Sequence record: MH595538.1
Strand: one strand, 5' to 3'
DNA length: 64,000 nucleotides
This document shows positions 27,645 to 37,472 of the stretch, piece by piece; the first letter of the stretch is position 1; the number at the start of each line of letters is the position of its first letter. The translations under genes and the position numbers were made by a program. The notes under the pieces were generated by a model. That model ran no database searches. It was not told where the DNA came from and saw nothing but the letters and a program-made list of their open reading frames with translations.

Positions 27645-28789
27645 TGACTTTTAAAGTTACCTATGGTGATTTAAAAACCATTGTTAAATCAGGAGATGCT
27701 TCTTTTGAATTGACAGAATCCACGCACGTTATTGAAGATGCTGGCAGCAGTAAGATATCCATCCAGAATAAAATTTCTGGTAAGTACGAGATGAAAGAAG
27801 TTGCCATCATCGATTTTGTTGATGTCAATGATGCGACCTTCGCCAGCAGTTACAGTGATTTCTTAACCAAGATATGGAAGAATGGCATCAGTAAAGATAA
27901 GATTGAAAACTTCGATGATGCCGTTAGAGATGTAGCTGGGAGCGGCAGCGTGGTCATGCCCGCAGCAGAGACGGACGGAGCGCCTAGTGCGGCAGCTGTA
28001 TCTCCTTTGTCTGGATTAGCCTATTCTGAATTAGCAGAACAAACAATTCAGGATGTTATCATCAAGACATTCTATCCTGCGACAGTCCCTCCCCAGCCAG
28101 CGCCTACGATATGGTTTACAGATCCTGGCGTGGACGTTGTTTCTGTTGAAGCAGGCACTAACTTCACTGATCAAAAGAGATTCGATTTTGACTTAGGTGC
28201 CAGTCAAGGCTGGACTAATGGACGGTTAAGTCTTGACAGTAGTTTTATCATCACGACTATTGATCTTGATTTAAAAGGAAATCTCGGCGGCAGCGTCAAT
28301 GACGTCGTGACTGATCATGTCTTTACAATACACGGTTACTATGAGGAAGGTCTAGTGCCTAATGATAGTTATGGAAACCCAGCGCCAGGTTCTCAGTTAC
28401 CGACAGGTGAAGTAACCGATTCATTTACTGTACGTCCTTATTGGATGCAATACACGATTGCCGAATCGGACAATGACATTTCTCTTAGCGGGGCAGATAG
28501 TGCTGCTAACAGAATGACAATTGATGGTTTAACAACTACTGATAATCAAGGCCCTTTGTTGTCTTTCGCTAATCTGACGGTTAAAGCGGGTAAGAAACAC
28601 ATCATTCTTACCCCGCAACCAGTCTCAACAATCAATGCGATAAGTGCAGGATTCCCTGTAAACGTAGGTTCTATCAGCGGGCCATTCCCTGTAGATAACG
28701 TGGCAGGTACAGGCAATAAGGACTATTATAAAATTGTCTTTGATGGCCAAGCTCTTGATTATACGTTAGATAGCGTAACAATTAGCTAA
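27644..28789 (+). CDS. Putative virion protein
   Basis: 381 aa, T/S/D-rich beta content, IKTFYPAT motif of a type I recall in phage structural gene pairs. Start overlaps the upstream stop. Confidence 0.55.
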   Translation: MTFKVTYGDLKTIVKSGDASFELTESTHVIEDAGSSKISIQNKISGKYEMKEVAIIDFVDVNDATFASSYSDFLTKIWKNGISKDKIENFDDAVRDVAGSGSVVMPAAETDGAPSAAAVSPLSGLAYSELAEQTIQDVIIKTFYPATVPPQPAPTIWFTDPGVDVVSVEAGTNFTDQKRFDFDLGASQGWTNGRLSLDSSFIITTIDLDLKGNLGGSVNDVVTDHVFTIHGYYEEGLVPNDSYGNPAPGSQLPTGEVTDSFTVRPYWMQYTIAESDNDISLSGADSAANRMTIDGLTTTDNQGPLLSFANLTVKAGKKHIILTPQPVSTINAISAGFPVNVGSISGPFPVDNVAGTGNKDYYKIVFDGQALDYTLDSVTIS

Positions 28790-28798
28790 GGATGAACT

Positions 28799-29587
28799 AT
28801 GAGTTATATAGAAGGTTTTCCTAATGGGTTTAGTCTAGCAAGTGACGTGCCCATCGATAAAAGAATGAAAGTGGCGGATATTACAGCAGCGCCTGCTGAC
28901 TTTCTTGCCACTGCTTACGTAGGGCTGATTGTCTATGACGAGGCTACATCTAGTCATGTCAAAGTAACTGCTGTCGATGGAAGCCAGGCCGGATTGTCTT
29001 ATGAGCCAGTTGCGGCAGAGGCAGCTGTATCATCACCTAAGTTTGTTCAAGAAATTGTTTTTGAAGCAGCCCAAATCGCGACATACAGTGTCACCAACGA
29101 CAACTATAGTATCGACTTTGATCTTGAAGGGAATAGAGCAGTATCGACAGAATCCAATTCTTCTGTCTTCGATAATATCGTGATTGACGTGACCGGAGGG
29201 CAGGTAAAGCTAGAGGAATTCCCAGTTACCCTTAAGAATGTCAGAGTTAATATAAAAGGCGTTTTTACTGCTAAGGTAAAACAGGTATCCGGTGAAAACG
29301 TGGGACTCAATCATGCAAAGGTATTCCCTTTTATCACCCTTCTGGATTTTGAAACTGACGGGTCTTGGACTGTCAAGCAGGCTGAGGTTGCTCCTAGTCA
29401 AGCTCAATATATCTATGACGTGGCGATTGCCAATAAAGAAATTTATTTTGAGTATAATTATCTTTATGAAGGACAATGGGATAAGAAGGATATTGGAATA
29501 AGGCCGGTACTTCGATGGCTCGGATCAGAACCTGAGATTCCTCAGAATGGAGTAAAATTAATCGTTACTGTAGAGGGGGATTTATGA
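28799..29587 (+). CDS. Putative virion protein with an F.L...VPID.R N-terminal motif
   Basis: MSYIEGFPNGFSLASDVPIDKR resembles N-termini of phage fibre proteins (recalled, unverified). Confidence 0.55.
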   Translation: MSYIEGFPNGFSLASDVPIDKRMKVADITAAPADFLATAYVGLIVYDEATSSHVKVTAVDGSQAGLSYEPVAAEAAVSSPKFVQEIVFEAAQIATYSVTNDNYSIDFDLEGNRAVSTESNSSVFDNIVIDVTGGQVKLEEFPVTLKNVRVNIKGVFTAKVKQVSGENVGLNHAKVFPFITLLDFETDGSWTVKQAEVAPSQAQYIYDVAIANKEIYFEYNYLYEGQWDKKDIGIRPVLRWLGSEPEIPQNGVKLIVTVEGDL

Positions 29588-30342
29588 CTGTGAGACTTTT
29601 TAATAGAAATGGTTTTGTTGTTGTGTCCGATAAGGGAGGCTTGGAAATCATGCGTCCTAAGGAAGTACTTTCTGTCACCATTGGCGATGACTTAATATAT
29701 CTAAGAGAAAAAGACTTCTTTAGTCCTGATGCCATTGCAGTCTGGAAAACAGGGACTTTGAAACAGGAAGATGGAACAACAGACTTCTTTGATACCGCGC
29801 CTGCGAGTGCAGCTGCAGAAGTGACTGCCATAGAAAATTGGCTTGCTGATGTTAAGATTGACGCCAGAGAGTTAGGGTTCTTGAAAGAAGCAGTAAATGA
29901 TCTTCCTCCTCCAGTCATTCCTGTCTTCACGGAAGATGAAATAACCTACAATGCCCCAGCATCTCCTGTAGCTAACACGGAATATGATCTTATAACCATA
30001 GATGCGGCATCAGTAACCGAGGATCGTCAATATTTACTCACCATAACGTTTGAGGCTGGGAATCTATCGGCATTGTTAATCTACTTTGACAATCTAGAAT
30101 ACGGCTTCGTTTTGAATCCAGAGCATGTCCCTATCGACTCGGATATTGTTTTAAGATTAGATTATAGCAAGTCCGATGATAAGTTTGACATAAAAATGAT
30201 GGAAAGTGCAGTGCCTCATTCCGTACTGGAAAGTAAATTTATAGATAAGTTAATTGGCAAGCCAGGGCAAAATGTTATACATGGGATGAATAATGCAGCT
30301 CTTCAATCAATTAAAACCATTGTCGTGGAGCGAATATCTTAA
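29584..30342 (+). CDS. Putative virion protein, paralog of 43251-43985
   Basis: TDFFD...AIENWL aligns with TDWWE...RIRAWL; DRQYLL with DRDYLF; IGKPG with ISQPG. Confidence 0.6.
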   Translation: MTVRLFNRNGFVVVSDKGGLEIMRPKEVLSVTIGDDLIYLREKDFFSPDAIAVWKTGTLKQEDGTTDFFDTAPASAAAEVTAIENWLADVKIDARELGFLKEAVNDLPPPVIPVFTEDEITYNAPASPVANTEYDLITIDAASVTEDRQYLLTITFEAGNLSALLIYFDNLEYGFVLNPEHVPIDSDIVLRLDYSKSDDKFDIKMMESAVPHSVLESKFIDKLIGKPGQNVIHGMNNAALQSIKTIVVERIS

Positions 30343-30380
30343 AAAACAGATCAATATGAATCATATGACAAGGATGTCTT

Positions 30381-30402
30381 TTGCCTCTCTTCGGAGAGGC
30401 AA
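30381..30402 (+). terminator. Intrinsic terminator
   Basis: TTGCCTCTC-TTCG-GAGAGGCAA with a T-tract shortly after. Confidence 0.7.
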
Positions 30403-30448
30403 GGGATATTTTTTGTCTAACTGTTGATGACTAAATAAGGAACGATAT

Positions 30449-31921
30449 ATGTCCTATGTTAAAACTAGTCCTCAGGTATTTCAGTACAATTATCCTGGAT
30501 CGCTAAAAAGTGGCTTTAGTGGCGTGGAAATTGATGAATTATCGACAGCTAATTTCAAGATCCTCAGCGGCAGGATAAATTGGAGTTATAGAATTGGACT
30601 TGATGAAAACTTACCCTCTGATAACGAGGCCGTAGATATCACCTGGGCCCTAGATGATCCGGAAGAAGATCTAGTACTTAGTCTATCAGCCGAAGGCACG
30701 GTACTGAAAGCAGGCATGGATTTCTTCACTGAAGATTATTCTTATGAAGAGGCTGATGCCGGTGACGCAGCTTTCGGCTATGGTATATTGACTGCCGTAC
30801 AGAAAAATAATGGAAACACTAACCAGTTCGGTAAGATCATTGACGATCGTATTAAATATATGATCAAAAAGGATTCAGCATCCAGTCCCTTTAAGGACTT
30901 AAAAACAGCCGTTCGTCAGAACGCATTGGATGCAATCCAGATCTCATATACGTCCCCTATTAAAGGAGAAGAAATCACACTTGCTGACCTACAAACAAAA
31001 ATCGATGCCAGTCCTTCTTCCTATAATCAAGGTGATCGATATCTCATCAAGGAGTACGTCAAAGATGATGAGAAAATTCGCGGTATAGTAGAGATTAGCG
31101 CTTCTAAGCAAGCGGTTTTCATTTATGAAGATGATGCAGCCGCGGATCTTAGTTCTATTGCTGCAAAGCAATATGTTTCTGCTTTAAGAGCAGAATATGA
31201 TACTAAGATACAGAACCTTAAGAAAAATATTGACGGAGACGGAACCGAAAAAGGAATAGTAGAAAAAGCAAGAGAAGCGCTTGGACTTATTGATCCTGTT
31301 TTAGATAGGAGGGCAGAAGTAGCAGAAAAAGTAAAATTCCGTGCTTCTGGAGCGACAATGGTTGCATTCCCTTCTAATAAGTCTGAGTTCAGTCAAGACG
31401 CTGGTGTCTATAACGGTACTTATCCTAACTTCCGTAGTGTTGAAAACCCTGTTTATGGCAACAAGGTAACGATAGGATATCGCTGGCCAGAATCAAGAAG
31501 CTGGTACGGTACCGGTCACTGGACTATGCTCGATGTAAGAGGTGAAAGGGTTTCTGACGGACCATTAATCGGCAATCCTACACACATCATGGGCATGTAT
31601 CATCTCAAAGACCAAGCCATTGGAGAGCAAAACGAAAGACGCGGAGAATACGCAGCTTATCCTCATGGCTATACCAATAACCATGTAATTGCAGATGGTT
31701 TGTTTGCAGGGTTCTTAGGTAATCAAGACCCGGGAAGGACATGGAGATTTGTTATTGACATGATTCCTGGCACCTGGTCTTCCGATGATAGGGCTCGTAA
31801 TAAATCCTATCATTTTGATCTAATGTTCGTAGACTATGTCAAGGGCACGACAGACAAGTATTCATATACTTATATTGCTAAAGTAAACCGCATGGAATTT
31901 ATTTCAGATAACTGGAGATAG
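30449..31921 (+). CDS. Putative fibre protein, family D (KSGFSG N-module, coiled coil, variable tip)
   Basis: Y.Y....KSGFSGVE.D and FG..ID.RI.Y...K shared with 31927. Confidence 0.6.
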   Translation: MSYVKTSPQVFQYNYPGSLKSGFSGVEIDELSTANFKILSGRINWSYRIGLDENLPSDNEAVDITWALDDPEEDLVLSLSAEGTVLKAGMDFFTEDYSYEEADAGDAAFGYGILTAVQKNNGNTNQFGKIIDDRIKYMIKKDSASSPFKDLKTAVRQNALDAIQISYTSPIKGEEITLADLQTKIDASPSSYNQGDRYLIKEYVKDDEKIRGIVEISASKQAVFIYEDDAAADLSSIAAKQYVSALRAEYDTKIQNLKKNIDGDGTEKGIVEKAREALGLIDPVLDRRAEVAEKVKFRASGATMVAFPSNKSEFSQDAGVYNGTYPNFRSVENPVYGNKVTIGYRWPESRSWYGTGHWTMLDVRGERVSDGPLIGNPTHIMGMYHLKDQAIGEQNERRGEYAAYPHGYTNNHVIADGLFAGFLGNQDPGRTWRFVIDMIPGTWSSDDRARNKSYHFDLMFVDYVKGTTDKYSYTYIAKVNRMEFISDNWR

Positions 31922-31926
31922 ATAAG

Positions 31927-33393
31927 ATGACTATCGAAAAACTTGATTTTACCGACCAGGCATATACATACAGCTACCATACTAAATGGAAAAGTGGATT
32001 TAGCGGCATTGAACCTGATGGCGACCCAACGGTCTTTAATGCGACCAAAGCCGAGGGAGATAACTTGGTTTTAGCTAAAGCGGCAACTAAGACCGATTTC
32101 GATAATTATAACGAAGGTACAAAAGGTAATACGACCTTGTTAGTTGTCGATGACACCGCACAGGGATATTTTGGAATCAAGGTTTCAAGAAAGCCACTTG
32201 ACGGCGATACGAATACGGACGATGGTGACGAAAGTGAAGCAGGCGGCTATTACTTAGATAATCGCTTCTCATTCCAGCAAAGTACTGACTACTCATCGGC
32301 AACGCCTTATGATACCGGAAAACTCTTCTTCGTAAATGAACACGAACAAGTCGATAACGGAGGCCGTCCGACATGGGAGCATTTTGGACAGCGTGTCATT
32401 GATTCTCGAATAAGCTATCTCCTTAATAAGGAGAATGATGATGAGAATGTCAATCCATTATATCCTTTCATCAAAGACCTTGTAACCCAAGCAGATTTAA
32501 CTGAATTTGCCAACAAGGTTAATACCGGAATAAGTAAAGAGTATCCGACTAAACAAGACCTGCTCGATGACATCACTGCTAACCCTGGTAATTTTGCAGA
32601 AAATCAATCTTTCTTAATTGATGCCTGGGATGTTTCATCTGATCCTCAAAACCCAGAATACGTGCGAGCAGTGGTATCTCTTAACGCTAGCAAGCAACCA
32701 GAATACGTATATCAATACGGTGGTTTCGATTCTTCGGTACTAGACCTGTATCAATCCGTGACCGATGCTGTAGCTGATAATGCTTCTCATCTCAATGACG
32801 TTGCCGATTTAGAAGCTAAGCTTACAGAGACTCAGGAATTACTACAGGCAGCTCTTGATAAACTAAGTGAAGTTGAGCCTGATGTGACCAATAGTGAAGC
32901 TGAATTAGGTAAGGCTAATCGCAAGTTAGTTCGTGAGCAAGCAGGAACGCCAATCGATCTTGATCCTGCAGGTAACTTGGTTCTGTATCTAGAAAATGGA
33001 TTACAGCATGCTAGAATTCAGACTAGAGATTCTCAGGAACTTAGTATCACAATGAACGTAACTGAGTATTACGATGGCGACGGATGGAAGTCGTTTAATG
33101 TGAAAGGCGAAGGTCAGTACAGGGCTAAGCGTGATATCAGTAATAACAAGAGTAATAAGATTGTTCTTGCGCATAATAAGAAAGGCAACAAAGGCCTTCC
33201 TGCTGGTGCTCGCGTTGACATGTTCATTGCATTCCGACCTGAGACTGATGGCGGCACGTTACGTCATAATGCCGTATATAAAGTATCGATCCTCGGAGAA
33301 GGTACAAGCCATGCACTTGTGGATATTTCTCATTATCCAAGTCCTGATTCTAATCAGAACAACTTTGCATCACATACGTTCTTCGACTTCTAA
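31927..33393 (+). CDS. Putative fibre protein, family D
   Basis: KSGFSGIEPD, FGQRVIDSRISYLLNK and a coiled coil. C-domain resembles that of 36192. Confidence 0.6.
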   Translation: MTIEKLDFTDQAYTYSYHTKWKSGFSGIEPDGDPTVFNATKAEGDNLVLAKAATKTDFDNYNEGTKGNTTLLVVDDTAQGYFGIKVSRKPLDGDTNTDDGDESEAGGYYLDNRFSFQQSTDYSSATPYDTGKLFFVNEHEQVDNGGRPTWEHFGQRVIDSRISYLLNKENDDENVNPLYPFIKDLVTQADLTEFANKVNTGISKEYPTKQDLLDDITANPGNFAENQSFLIDAWDVSSDPQNPEYVRAVVSLNASKQPEYVYQYGGFDSSVLDLYQSVTDAVADNASHLNDVADLEAKLTETQELLQAALDKLSEVEPDVTNSEAELGKANRKLVREQAGTPIDLDPAGNLVLYLENGLQHARIQTRDSQELSITMNVTEYYDGDGWKSFNVKGEGQYRAKRDISNNKSNKIVLAHNKKGNKGLPAGARVDMFIAFRPETDGGTLRHNAVYKVSILGEGTSHALVDISHYPSPDSNQNNFASHTFFDF

Positions 33394-33402
33394 GGAGTTA
33401 GC

Positions 33403-34521
33403 ATGACTGTTACAACAAGATCCATTCCCTCTCACCAGGGATTTGCCCATGGTGAGATAGAAGCATCTCTTCCATTGGAGAGTAACGCGGTTCTGTATTT
33501 GACAGAAAATGAATACGAGCCGTTTATTCTACAAAATCGCTATGTATATAAATTGTTTCTTTGTACTTATACATTGGCATTTACATACAGCACTGATGGC
33601 TTGCAGGATTCAATCACGATCAATGTAACTGCGCCGATTGCCGCTACGTTAACCATCCATTACGATGACTTAGTCGCACATTGGCCCTCTGTTGTTGCGA
33701 ACATGGTTGAAGGTAATGTAAGGCTTCCTGATTCCGATGTCGATCTCTATGACCCTAAAGATGACATTAGTCGTGATTTTAATGCAGTGCAGGCGGTCGG
33801 GGTTATTTTATCGGGAAAAAGTTTCCGTGGCTCTAGAGAACGCAGTAACTTTGCTGACTTTGAGAATTTCTGTCGATCTATTCAGGGACTTTTAGAGTTT
33901 AAGACTTGGCTTGAATTACCAGGCAATCAGACAACAGCACATGACTTTGAAGAATGGCGCGGCATTGTTCCTGGTACTCCTCATGTTTCTCCTGATCGCA
34001 TTGAATCAATTGAATCTAGGCTACTGGCCTTGGAGTCTACCCCTGTTTCTTCAGAAAAGGCATTCCATGCTGCTGGGGCTAGAAGCTCATCTCCTTTGCA
34101 AGGGAATCCTTGGTATTTCGTATCTCTTGGGACAGGCTTGTCTAGCGGAATCAACGATGCGATTGAAATAGGCATTGGCTCATCCGTGACTAATGATGAC
34201 ACGTTGTGTTACGGAAGGTTGAAGCTGAAGCAGGGTCGCCGGTTTGTCATAGAAGTAAATCCAGGCACTCGTCCTCAGTCAAATTCCTCAGCGAGCATAC
34301 AGACTTTCCATATTAGTAAAAGACTCTACGGTAGCAGCACTGGTTATGCTAGAGACGGCAGCGATGCTTTCTTAACAATAGATGGAAATCATTCCATCGG
34401 CTATGCAGTAGTTGACACTGCCGAAGGAGATATGATGATGCAGATAGAAATATCTCAATTAGGTGGCGGCAACACCTTTGCAGTGCCCCAGGACTTCCAG
34501 CTTGTGGTTCGTGAACTTTAA
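33403..34521 (+). CDS. Putative fibre protein, family E, with a C-terminal jelly-roll tip
   Basis: N-terminal EPFILQNRYVYKLF aligns with EPGLVLNNKFYWLF in 34533. Confidence 0.6.
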   Translation: MTVTTRSIPSHQGFAHGEIEASLPLESNAVLYLTENEYEPFILQNRYVYKLFLCTYTLAFTYSTDGLQDSITINVTAPIAATLTIHYDDLVAHWPSVVANMVEGNVRLPDSDVDLYDPKDDISRDFNAVQAVGVILSGKSFRGSRERSNFADFENFCRSIQGLLEFKTWLELPGNQTTAHDFEEWRGIVPGTPHVSPDRIESIESRLLALESTPVSSEKAFHAAGARSSSPLQGNPWYFVSLGTGLSSGINDAIEIGIGSSVTNDDTLCYGRLKLKQGRRFVIEVNPGTRPQSNSSASIQTFHISKRLYGSSTGYARDGSDAFLTIDGNHSIGYAVVDTAEGDMMMQIEISQLGGGNTFAVPQDFQLVVREL

Positions 34522-34532
34522 GGAGTTTTGAT

Positions 34533-36110
34533 ATGACATTAGCAACTACAGTTGCCGGGATCAGATCAGATCTCGGCGAACTAACACATAATGGACCTAT
34601 CGGTAATCTGCCCAATAGCACCACAGGCCAGTTATGGTTTTCGGATAAGCATCTAGAGCCAGGACTAGTTTTAAACAACAAGTTCTATTGGCTGTTTGAT
34701 TGTGATTTCACAATAGAAATGTTATTTGGCACTACGGAAGATGATGATTCATTGCAGATAACCATTACTTCCCCTGTATCAGCAACACAAGTGGTCAAGA
34801 AGGCAGACTTGGTTTCTTATTGGCCTGATTTTGCGACATATGTCAATGGCGACAATATACGTGCATCTGACCAGGACGGCGTCTATAGTCCAGGCGAAGA
34901 TGGCGTCGTTCAGCGTGACATATGGGGTCCTCTTGAGGGTTATGCATATATGGTCACTAAAGGCGAATTTAAAGGCCTTATTAAAAGAAGATCTCAGGAT
35001 TCTTTCTTTGGCTATGCTAGCAGTCTCGGAGGCGAAGCCGATTATGTTATGTGGCTTCTTCTTCCTGGTGTTTCCGATACAACCGGCCATCAAGAGTGGA
35101 TGGATTCGCATCCTTCTTGCCCTTATATCAGGCCAGGAGCAGCGGTTGGTCTTTCGGAGAATGAGGTGAATCAACTTATTGACAATAAGGAATTGCTTGC
35201 CGTTGCAAATTCTCTTGTTAAGCAAGGTCGATTATCTTGGGATTCTCAGAATGGTTTGGTTAAATATTCAACCGAGCCTTCTGATGCTAATCAGGCAAAA
35301 TCCGATCTGACAATTCCTTCGTTAGGATATGTCAAAAGCCTGATAGGTGCCGTTACGTCCGGGGAATTTATTGTAAATAAGGAAATACAGAATGTAGATC
35401 TCAATACCTTAAAATCCCCAGGTCAATATGCCGTCAGCCAGTCAGTGGCTAACTCGCCTACAGTCAGCAATGATAGGCATTTTAATATAGTTTTAGTTTT
35501 TGGCTATGGCGGTAGTAACGGCACACAGTTCTTTATCGATGCCGATTTTGATAGCGCCAGTGATGCCCCTCATGTTTTTGTTCGCGCATGGGAAAATAAT
35601 AACTGGACTCCGTGGGCCGATATGTCTCCAACGGCCAATAAAATTAAACACCATCAACTGAGGATCCCTTGTAATACTACTTATTGGACGGGCTCCTTCA
35701 CTACCACCAATGATCATCGTCTAGAGAAACTGAAGCAACTCCCTAGTAATATGACATTACTCACAGCCTATGATGAGCCTTTCTTAAAGCCTCTTTCACA
35801 GGGCGCATTTGAATTTAAAGCAGGTCATTTAGTAACAGTGACCTTTCATGTTGACGATGTCGATTTTGATGATGCTAACGTCAGTACTTATTACGGAGTT
35901 GAAATCAATAATGGCGGAATATGGGAAAGAGATACGATCAGGCATCACCCGCAGCTGGATGGACACATGCGCCGCCAACTTACATTTGTTACTAATGGCG
36001 GGACTACTGAATTCTACATAAAAGGAGAATGGTACAACCTGACTAATAACTTCGTTATTATGACGGTAACTGATCATGGCATTGTTGACCGAGACGTCCA
36101 TTCTGGATAA
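34533..36110 (+). CDS. Putative fibre protein, family E, with a knob domain
   Basis: DLNTLKSPGQY...NSP...TQFF...FVRAWENNNWTPW, a pyocin-knob-like pattern. Confidence 0.65.
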   Translation: MTLATTVAGIRSDLGELTHNGPIGNLPNSTTGQLWFSDKHLEPGLVLNNKFYWLFDCDFTIEMLFGTTEDDDSLQITITSPVSATQVVKKADLVSYWPDFATYVNGDNIRASDQDGVYSPGEDGVVQRDIWGPLEGYAYMVTKGEFKGLIKRRSQDSFFGYASSLGGEADYVMWLLLPGVSDTTGHQEWMDSHPSCPYIRPGAAVGLSENEVNQLIDNKELLAVANSLVKQGRLSWDSQNGLVKYSTEPSDANQAKSDLTIPSLGYVKSLIGAVTSGEFIVNKEIQNVDLNTLKSPGQYAVSQSVANSPTVSNDRHFNIVLVFGYGGSNGTQFFIDADFDSASDAPHVFVRAWENNNWTPWADMSPTANKIKHHQLRIPCNTTYWTGSFTTTNDHRLEKLKQLPSNMTLLTAYDEPFLKPLSQGAFEFKAGHLVTVTFHVDDVDFDDANVSTYYGVEINNGGIWERDTIRHHPQLDGHMRRQLTFVTNGGTTEFYIKGEWYNLTNNFVIMTVTDHGIVDRDVHSG

Positions 36111-36133
36111 GTCCATCGGTACAAATAACATCG

Positions 36134-36155
36134 AAAGAGTCCTTCGGGGCTCTTT
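36134..36155 (+). terminator. Intrinsic terminator
   Basis: AAAGAGTCC-TTCG-GGGCTCTTT followed by a T-tract. Confidence 0.75.
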
Positions 36156-36191
36156 TCGTTTTAGAAAGCGAGATAAAATACAGGAGCAATC

Positions 36192-37433
36192 ATGGCTACT
36201 TATAATATGAAAAATGCTGGAGATTTTCCGTCCGGTTCTGATGTTAAGCTTGAACTTATAGAAGCCGGTGCAGGATGGACACTTAAGCTCACGCAGGGCT
36301 CGAACTCCTCGACGGTGAACTTCGGATATAATGACGAGTTTAACAAAGTCACAGTTACCGAAGCAACAGGTGTGCTCACTTTTGAATCTAGAGATGGTAC
36401 GTCAGAGACTGTAAATCTGGGTACGGTTAACTGGGACAGCATTATTGATAACCTGCGCTCTGAACAAGACGTTAAGGACCTGGCTAAAGCAGAAGCTGAT
36501 CTGGTACTCGCTGCTTTCCGGGCCGGAAGCGATGGTTATGATACTACAATTGCTGATATCATAGCGTCAATCGCAGGATTGGGTTCGGGCTCTGGAGCTA
36601 TTGAAGGACAGTATGCTGACGAAGCAGATATCCGTGCGGACGCTAATCTGACGCTAGAAGATGGCATGCGTTTTGTCATTCCTCAGACTATCACGGATCC
36701 GAATGACCCAACTAAGACCATGGATATTCGCAAGGTCTATAAGTACGTCCAGGCTACTGATAGCTTTAGCTATGTCTTTGATCTTGATGCGGCGCATACT
36801 CATTCTCAGTATGTTGGTCAGTCAGCCATCGATCTTTCGATTGCTGCCGTCAAAGAACAGATAGATTCTGAAATACAAGATCTAGAAACTACACAAGAAA
36901 CATTAAAAACTAGACAAGACGAAATGGATGCCTTCCAGAAGAAGCAATATCAGAGCGTTGAACAGAGAACCATCGTCATTCAGTTTAATGCGGGACACAG
37001 TGCAAAGATAGATGATAATGCTAATTTTGGTGTTACCGGTGACCGCGAAAAATACGTCATTTACTATAACGACGGATATGGACATAAAGGCAAAGTAACA
37101 TTAATTGACAATATCGATATTCGTCACCACGGTAAGACTTACAGTCCTTATACGACTCGTCTGCTTGGCAACGGTGAGCATTATGCGAAGATCTTCGACA
37201 CACATAAAGATATGGGCATATTCCCTAACAACCGCGAGTTCGATGGCAATGATCGCTTTAGCGGCCACTTTATCTTTAAGAGTCAGTTAGAGGATCGTCG
37301 CAAGCTTTACGAACTTGACGGGCGTCGATACAAGTCTAAGAAAGACCGTGCTAAATACAACGACGGGAAAGAGTTCAGAATAGAGATCAAGATCGCGGGA
37401 CAGTCTCTTTCTAAAGAAGGCGAGAACCTTTAA
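36192..37433 (+). CDS. Putative fibre protein related to family D
   Basis: Middle QYADEADI...RFVI, coiled coil, and tip motifs (YYNDGYGH, GNGEHYAK) align with 31927 (YLENGLQH, GEGQYRAK). Confidence 0.55.
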   Translation: MATYNMKNAGDFPSGSDVKLELIEAGAGWTLKLTQGSNSSTVNFGYNDEFNKVTVTEATGVLTFESRDGTSETVNLGTVNWDSIIDNLRSEQDVKDLAKAEADLVLAAFRAGSDGYDTTIADIIASIAGLGSGSGAIEGQYADEADIRADANLTLEDGMRFVIPQTITDPNDPTKTMDIRKVYKYVQATDSFSYVFDLDAAHTHSQYVGQSAIDLSIAAVKEQIDSEIQDLETTQETLKTRQDEMDAFQKKQYQSVEQRTIVIQFNAGHSAKIDDNANFGVTGDREKYVIYYNDGYGHKGKVTLIDNIDIRHHGKTYSPYTTRLLGNGEHYAKIFDTHKDMGIFPNNREFDGNDRFSGHFIFKSQLEDRRKLYELDGRRYKSKKDRAKYNDGKEFRIEIKIAGQSLSKEGENL

Positions 37434-37472
37434 TCTTTTTTAAGTTCACTTAAATGCTACAGGAGAAACTCC

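Noticed and set aside
30359-30368. AATCATATGA as the late promoter of 30449
   Set aside because: It fits the motif but lies upstream of the 30381 terminator hairpin, so it would not drive the gene.
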